Origin: Alkalilimnicola ehrlichii MLHE-1 | Lineage (GTDB): Bacteria; Pseudomonadota; Gammaproteobacteria; Nitrococcales; Halorhodospiraceae | Direction: 5' to 3' | Length of the DNA: 32,000 nucleotides | NCBI RefSeq assembly: GCF_000014785.1 | Contig: NC_008340.1 | Location: forward strand, 2,580,001 to 2,612,000 | Part shown: one piece after another, positions 26,998 to 32,000 of the stretch | Layout: every line of letters starts with the position of its first letter | How positions within the stretch are numbered: the first letter of the stretch is position 1 | Translations under genes and position numbers: made by a program | The notes under the pieces: generated by a model | What the model was told of the DNA's origin: nothing | What the model saw: the letters and a program-made list of their open reading frames with translations, nothing else | Database searches by the model: none

Positions 26998-28434
26998 TCA
27001 ACGGCAGAAGATAACCTGCGGTAGCGTGGCGCTGCGGGCAACGCCGTCACGGTCGCGCCAGTATACGGTCTGCTGGCGGGTTTCATCGATCACGCTGCGG
27101 TGATCCTCTGTGGCCAGGGCCAGGTAGACCACCAGTTCGGCCAGGCCCTGCTCCAGCGGGTGTTGCTCCAACAGGGCCGCCAGGCTGATCTGCTCGCGGG
27201 TCTGCAGCGCCCGGCGCACCTGCCCTTGCAGCCGGGTGCGGTCCACGTAGGCCTGGTCGAACAGCGCCGCCACGTCGCCCTCCGCCTCGCCCGCCTCCAG
27301 CACCTGCTGCTCGATGCGCGGCGTAACCGGCGGACTGAAGAGCGGGCGCTCCATGGGCAGCTCCACCCGGGGCGCGGGTTCGTCCAGGGCCATGGTGAAA
27401 TCCCGGGGCGGGGCTTCCCGCAGGTGCAGGGCCTGCTGCTCCAACTCGCGGATCAGCCCCATGATGCGGCGGTTCTCCAGCCAGGCCTGATCGTCCAGAT
27501 AGCGGCGCAACTGCTCGGAGAGCCGCGCCACCACCCGCTGGGTGTGCTCGCCCGCCGCCAGCCAGTCGTAATGGATGCGGGCCAGGGTCGGGTCGGGCGC
27601 CACCTCGGTCACGGGCTCGAGCGCCAGGGTGCGCTCGAGCAGTTCGGTCAACTCCTCCTGGCGAGCCGGGGACATGAGCAGATCCCAGAAGGCGCGGAAG
27701 CTGCGGCCCTGGTCGGAATCGGCGATGCGGTCGTGCTCGCCGAAGACCTGGTCGAGGATATCGCCCTTGCCGCCCTCCCAGGTGGCCACCTGCTCGCGCA
27801 CCTGGCGGTCCAGCGCGCGGAAGTTGGCCTCCACCTGGCGGAAGTCCCCCAGCAGCCCGCGGGCCGTGTCGGCCATCTGCAGAAAACGCTCGCGCAGGCG
27901 GGTGGGGTCCATCAGGTTCAGGTGCCCGGCCCGCACCTCGTCGATCTCGCGCTCGATGGCGTCGCGCCGCGCCTCCAGATCGCGCAGGCGGGCCTCCGGG
28001 TCGGTCTCCGCCCCCTCCACGATCTGTTTCAGCAGATCAAACACCAGGGTGAGCCGCGACTCCGCACCGATAAAGTGGGCCTGCTCCAGGCCCGCCAGCC
28101 ACTGGATCGCCTGCTCGGTGGCCGGGGTGAGGTCGTAGTGGGGTTCGTCGCTGTGCTGCGGGTAGTACTTGCGCAACCAACCGCGCTCATCGGCAGCCCA
28201 ATATGCCAGGTACTCGTGAGCGCCCTGCTGGTAGGCCTCGTCACCCAACCGGGCGCGCAGGTGGTAGAGGTAGTCCTCCAGCGCATTCTCCAGCTCCGAG
28301 GCCGGCAGCGCCCGCACGTTGGGCACCACGAAACAGCGGTGCAGAAAGGCCACGACCATCGGCGCGTTACCGGCCTGCAACAGGCGCCACCCCGGATGGG
28401 TGCGCCGCAGGCTGTATAGGTGATCGTGATCCAT
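26998..28434 (-). CDS. jetA: Wadjet JetA (DUF3375, kleisin-like subunit)
   Basis: 478 aa: MDHDHLYSLRRTHPGWRLLQAGNAPMVVAFLHRCF...LEDYLYHLR...YLAYWAADERGWLRKYY. It is the first gene of the four-gene operon. Confidence 0.88.
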   Translation of the reverse strand: MDHDHLYSLRRTHPGWRLLQAGNAPMVVAFLHRCFVVPNVRALPASELENALEDYLYHLRARLGDEAYQQGAHEYLAYWAADERGWLRKYYPQHSDEPHYDLTPATEQAIQWLAGLEQAHFIGAESRLTLVFDLLKQIVEGAETDPEARLRDLEARRDAIEREIDEVRAGHLNLMDPTRLRERFLQMADTARGLLGDFRQVEANFRALDRQVREQVATWEGGKGDILDQVFGEHDRIADSDQGRSFRAFWDLLMSPARQEELTELLERTLALEPVTEVAPDPTLARIHYDWLAAGEHTQRVVARLSEQLRRYLDDQAWLENRRIMGLIRELEQQALHLREAPPRDFTMALDEPAPRVELPMERPLFSPPVTPRIEQQVLEAGEAEGDVAALFDQAYVDRTRLQGQVRRALQTREQISLAALLEQHPLEQGLAELVVYLALATEDHRSVIDETRQQTVYWRDRDGVARSATLPQVIFCR

Positions 28435-28461
28435 GGGGCTCGGGGTCGGGAATGTCGGGGG

Positions 28462-28470
28462 ATTGTAGCA
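28462..28470 (-). promoter_or_regulatory. Possible extended -10 promoter (TGcTACAAT) for jetA
   Basis: The minus strand reads TTGCTACAAT about 27-36 nt upstream of the jetA ATG. No good -35 element is present. Only about 65 bp separate jetA from repeat array E. Confidence 0.25.
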
Positions 28471-28499
28471 AGGTGGCCGGGCCTCGGCCTATGACGGCG

Positions 28500-29265
28500 T
28501 GTGGATCGCCGCGTCGCTGCGCTCCTCGCGATGACGGAGGGGTGGGTGCCCCCCACCGTCACTGCGAGCGCGGATCCGCCCCCACCGTCACTGCGAGGAG
28601 CGAAGCGACGTGGCAGTCTACCCCTCTGGATCGCCACGGGCCTCCGACCCTCGCGATGACGGGGGGTGTTACCCCACCGTCACTGCGAGGAGGCGAAGCC
28701 GACGTGGCAGTCTACCCCTCTGGATCGCCACGGGCCTCCGGCCCTCGCGATGACGGGGGGTGTTGCCCCCACCGTCACTGCGAGGAGGCGAAGCCGACGT
28801 GGCAGTCTACCCCTCTGGATCGCCGCGGGCCTCCGGCCCTCGCGATGACCGGGGGGTGTTGCCCCCACCGTCACTGCGAGGAGGCGAAGCCGACGTGGCA
28901 GTCTACCCCTCTGGATCGCCACGGGCCTCCGGCCCTCGCGATGACGGGGGGTGTTGCCCCCACCGTCACTGCGAGGAGGCGAAGCCGACGTGGCAGTCTA
29001 CCCCTCTGGATCGCCGCGGGCCTTCGGCCCTCGCGATGACGGGGGGTGTTGCCCCCACCGTCACTGCGAGGAGGCGAAGCCGACGTGGCAGTCTACCCCT
29101 CTGGATCGCCGCGGGCCTTCGGCCCTCGCGATGACGGGGGGTGTTGCCCCCACCGTCACTGCGAGGAGGCGAAGCCGACGTGGCAGTCTACCGCCCTGGA
29201 TCGCCGCGGGCCTCCGGCCCTCGCGATGACCGGGGGGAAAGCCTCCGGCCCTCGCGATGACGGGG
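28500..29265 (+). repeat. Repeat array E of the hairpin family (type array, 95-bp units)
   Basis: Heads GTCACTGCGAG at 28558, 28587, 28679, 28774, 28870, 28965, 29060 and 29155. Seven near-identical full units have periods of 92-96 bp. Two tail-only modules close the array at about 29265. Confidence 0.97.
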
Positions 29266-29390
29266 ATAACCCGTCAACCTGAGGGGCGGCCGTTGGACAA
29301 CGTAATTAGAGACTCATACCATATTGAGCATCCCTCCCGGCAACCTTTTGACAGCCACCGGGAATCCCGAGCCCCCAGAAGCCACCTTTC

Positions 29391-30575
29391 ATGTTAAGCG
29401 ACCAAGACCTGCTTGAACGCCTACGGAACGGGGAGTCCCGTCGGGTGGAGTTCAAACCCTCCACGGCGCAAAATACCGCGATCCGGAGGGCCATCTGTGC
29501 ATTCGCCAACGATCTTGATGGGCAGGGCGAGATCGGCGTGATCTTCGTGGGGCTCAACGATGACGGGACCTGCAAAGGGATCGAACATCCAGACCGCGAC
29601 CAGAAGAAGCTATCCGACTGGGCCTTGGGGGGCGACATCCTCCCCCTTCCTGACGTGGAAATCGGTTATCGCGAGCTGGACGGTTGCCCTGTCATAGTCG
29701 CCGAGATACGCCCCCACCAAGAACCCCCGGTACGCTACCAGGGCCAGGCGTGGGTCAGGGTTGGCACCACCAACCGCCGCGCTACTCCGGAACAGGAGAG
29801 ACGTTTGGCGGAGCGACGGCGGGGCGGAGACCTTCCCTTCGACCATCGGCCGGCCCCCGGCGCCAGTCTTGATGACCTCGATCTGAGGTACTTCGAGCGC
29901 GAGTACCTGCCCAATGCCGTCGCACCGGAGGTCCTGGAAGAGAACAACCGTAGCATCGAAGATCAACTCAACGCCCTCAGGTTTCTCACCCAGGGCCAAG
30001 TCAACCACGGTGCTCTGCTCGTCCTGGGGCACGACCCGACCGCCTATATACCGGGGGCCTACGTGCAGTTCCTACGCATCGACGGAACCGAGCTGGGCGA
30101 CCCCATCAAGGACGAAAAGAGACTGACCGGCAACCTGCCCGAGGTCATGGCGCAGCTGGACGAGTTGTTGGAGGTGCACATCCAGGTTGCTGTCGACATC
30201 GAGGCCGGATCACGGGAGCAGCGCCAGCCCGACTACCCCGTTGTTGCCTTGCAGCAACTCACCCGGAACGCCCTCATCCATCGCGCCTACGAAGGCAGCC
30301 ACGCGCCGGTCCGCGTCTATTGGTTCAGAGACCGGGTGGAAATTCAGAACCCCGGCGGACTCTACGGCCAAGTCACCACCGACAACTTCGGTCAGGGTGT
30401 CACCGATTACCGCAACCCCCTGATAGCAGAAGCCATGCATATTCTCGGCTACGTACAGAGATTCGGGTTCGGCATCCCATTGGCACAGCGCCACCTGCGG
30501 GAAAACGGCAACCCCGACCCCGATTTTCAGTTCGCGCCAGAGTTCCTGGCCGTCACCGTGAGGGCAGTGACGTGA
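29391..30575 (+). CDS. Schlafen/AlbA_2-domain protein with a C-terminal HATPase_c_4-like domain (COG2865-like), no terminal wHTH
   Basis: The N-terminal motif set is LLERLRNGESRRVEFKPS...AICAFANDLDGQGEIGVIFVGLNDDGTCKGI. The C-terminal segment is QLTRNALIHRAYEGSHAPVRVYWFRDRVEIQNPGGLYG...YRNPLIAEAMHILGYVQRFGFGIPL. Domain names come from motif memory, not from a search. Confidence 0.85.
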   Translation: MLSDQDLLERLRNGESRRVEFKPSTAQNTAIRRAICAFANDLDGQGEIGVIFVGLNDDGTCKGIEHPDRDQKKLSDWALGGDILPLPDVEIGYRELDGCPVIVAEIRPHQEPPVRYQGQAWVRVGTTNRRATPEQERRLAERRRGGDLPFDHRPAPGASLDDLDLRYFEREYLPNAVAPEVLEENNRSIEDQLNALRFLTQGQVNHGALLVLGHDPTAYIPGAYVQFLRIDGTELGDPIKDEKRLTGNLPEVMAQLDELLEVHIQVAVDIEAGSREQRQPDYPVVALQQLTRNALIHRAYEGSHAPVRVYWFRDRVEIQNPGGLYGQVTTDNFGQGVTDYRNPLIAEAMHILGYVQRFGFGIPLAQRHLRENGNPDPDFQFAPEFLAVTVRAVT

Positions 30576-31543
30576 TAACCATTGCCTTCTTCAACAACAA
30601 GGGTGGCGTCGGCAAGACTGCTTTGGTCTACCATTTGGCCTGGATGTTCGCCGATCAGGGCCGGTCCGTGCTCGCCGCGGACCTGGACCCCCAAGCCAAC
30701 CTCTCCACCATGTTCCTGGACGAACAAAGCCTGGAAGGCTTCTGGCCGGAGGGGGACAGCACGCATACCGTACTCTCACCCATACGCCCACTGCTGGAAG
30801 GCGAAGGCGGCATCGAAAGCCCTCATGTTGAGCCCATCGAGGACCTAGGCCTGCTGGTCGGAGACCTGGCCCTGTCCGGCTTCGAGGACGAACTCTCCCA
30901 GCAATGGCCCCGCTGCCTGGACGGCGAGAAGCGGGCCTTTCGCATCATCGGCGCCTTTGCCGAAGTCATCCAACGTGCCGGCGCCAACCGGGAAGCCGAC
31001 CTGGCGCTGGTGGATGTCGGCCCCAACCTGGGAGCCATCAATCGTGCCGCACTCATTGCCGCAGATTATGTGGTCGTGCCCCTGGGGCCGGACCTCTTTT
31101 CCCTGAAGGGACTGCAAAACCTGGGCCCCACCCTCCGACGGTGGCGTACGGACTGGCGCAAGCGGCTGCAGGAATTACCCACCAATGTACAAGCCCCATC
31201 GGGGCAAATGACGCCGATCGGTTACGTGGTCATGCAGCATTCCGTCCGACTTGACCGGCCGGTCAAGGCGTATGGCAAATGGATGGACCGGATCCCCAGC
31301 ACTTACCACCGTTACGTCCTCGACAAACCGGACGCTGCCAACCTGCGTGTCGACGACGACAGCGAATGTCTGGCTGCATTGAAGGACTATCGGAGCCTGA
31401 TGCCCATGGCTCAGGAAGCCCGCAAGCCCATGTTTCACCTCAAACCGGCGGACGGCGCCATCGGCTCCCACGTCCGTGCGGTACAAAACTGCTACAAAGA
31501 TTTCCGGGACCTGGCAGCGGCTATCGACAGCCGCACGCAGTGA
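30572..31543 (+). CDS. Orphan ParA/MinD-superfamily ATPase with a C-terminal extension
   Basis: GTG at 30572 overlaps the upstream TGA (GTGA). Motifs are VITIAFFNNKGGVGKTALV (deviant Walker A), LAADLDPQANLS and DLALVDVGPNLG. The next in-frame ATG would remove the Walker A, and the track ATG at 30320 would overlap the upstream gene by about 250 nt. Confidence 0.85.
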   Translation: MITIAFFNNKGGVGKTALVYHLAWMFADQGRSVLAADLDPQANLSTMFLDEQSLEGFWPEGDSTHTVLSPIRPLLEGEGGIESPHVEPIEDLGLLVGDLALSGFEDELSQQWPRCLDGEKRAFRIIGAFAEVIQRAGANREADLALVDVGPNLGAINRAALIAADYVVVPLGPDLFSLKGLQNLGPTLRRWRTDWRKRLQELPTNVQAPSGQMTPIGYVVMQHSVRLDRPVKAYGKWMDRIPSTYHRYVLDKPDAANLRVDDDSECLAALKDYRSLMPMAQEARKPMFHLKPADGAIGSHVRAVQNCYKDFRDLAAAIDSRTQ

Positions 31544-32000
31544 CGGTGGGGGCACCCCCCGTCATCGTGATGAGTGCAGGCCCTCCCCCCGGCATCGCGA
31601 GGGCCGAAGGCCCGTGGCGATCCAAGGCGGTAGACTGCCACGTCGGCTTCGCCTCCTCGCAGTGACGGTGTGGGCAACACCCCCCGTCATCGCGAGGGCC
31701 GAAGGCCCGTGGCGATCCAAGGCGGTAGACTGCCGCGTCGGCTTCGCCTCCTCGCAGTGACGGTGTGGGCAACACCCCCCGTCATCGCGAGGGCCGAAGG
31801 CCCGTGGCGATCCAAGGCGGTAGACTGCCACGTCGGCTTCGCCTCCTCGCAGTGACGGTGGGGTAACACCCCCGTCATCGCGAGGGCCGAAGGCCCGCGG
31901 CGATCCAGGGCGGTAGACTGCCACGTCGGCTTCGCCTCCTCGCAGTGACGGTGGGGGCAACACCCCCCGTCATCGCGAGGGCCGAAGGCCCGCGGCGATC
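31543..32000 (-). repeat. Repeat array F of the hairpin family (inverted orientation, runs off the window end)
   Basis: Tails G(T/G)CATCGCGAGGGCCGAAGG fall at 31591, 31686, 31781, 31874 and 31969 (period 93-95 bp). The reverse complement of a unit is near-identical to array E units, including the linker GGGGGGTGTTGCCC. Confidence 0.95.

Noticed and set aside
28203-29039. Long ORFs running through the repeat arrays. Examples are 28203..29039 + (278 aa), 19813..20295 - (160 aa), 9309..9689 +, 14397..14867 +, 14644..15030 -, 21373..21756 -, 31562..31963 - and many 60-130 aa ORFs with peptides like HCEEAKPTWQSTPLDRHGPSALAMTGG.
   Set aside because: They exist in several frames and on both strands of the same DNA. 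They are internally periodic with the 95/124-bp repeat, have no RBS, and their 'conservation' is just the nucleotide repeat. They are translation artefacts and a likely source of bogus hypothetical proteins.
28500-29265. Imperfect-palindrome units of about 95-124 bp flanking gene modules resemble integron attC / Vibrio VCR sites.
   Set aside because: No intI integrase or attI is present, and the units lack RYYYAAC / GTTRRRY core sites. The units are stacked in tandem without cassettes between them, and orientations are mixed.
29283-29390. A sigma70 promoter for the Schlafen-like gene (TTGGAC at 29293-29298 with CATACC/CATATT downstream).
   Set aside because: The spacing to any acceptable -10 hexamer is wrong (16-17 nt gives CATACC/ATACCA, and CATATT is 21 nt away). 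The AT-rich patch is a plausible promoter region, but I cannot support specific elements.
30572-31543. The ParA-like ATPase as evidence that this is a plasmid or an ICE partition locus.
   Set aside because: No parB, centromere iterons, replication, conjugation or integrase genes are visible in the window. The flanks are core chromosomal genes. The upstream partner is a Schlafen-like protein, not a ParB.

Overview
High-GC (about 70%) chromosomal segment, probably from a gammaproteobacterium; that placement is inferred from the tRNA-Leu/tig/clpP/clpX/lon/hupB/tRNA-Val/tRNA-Asp/ppiD synteny on the minus strand. The left third is housekeeping or metabolic: a partial TonB-dependent receptor, fabI, a small lipoprotein, and a lactate-utilisation locus (lutABC plus an L-lactate permease) with a divergent GntR/FadR-type regulator. 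From about 19.5 kb the window becomes accessory. It holds a low-GC stand-alone GIY-YIG nuclease, a TauE/SafE permease, and a complete type-I-like Wadjet operon (jetABCD, 21815-28434, minus strand). After that comes a lower-GC, translationally coupled pair: a Schlafen/AlbA_2-type protein and an orphan ParA-like ATPase (29391-31543). I consider this pair the best candidate for an undescribed defence or anti-mobile-element module. A modular, hairpin-forming intergenic repeat family (head GTCACTGCGAG, tail CTCGCGATGAC, units of about 95 or 124 bp, 26-29 bp micro-tandems) runs through the window. It forms six arrays totalling roughly 3 kb, about a tenth of the window. The arrays sit at the boundaries of the accessory modules and even inside the conserved clpX-lon spacer. 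Many long ORFs in the supplied track are antisense shadows of real genes or read-throughs of these repeats. All homology calls rest on motif recognition by eye; no searches were run.
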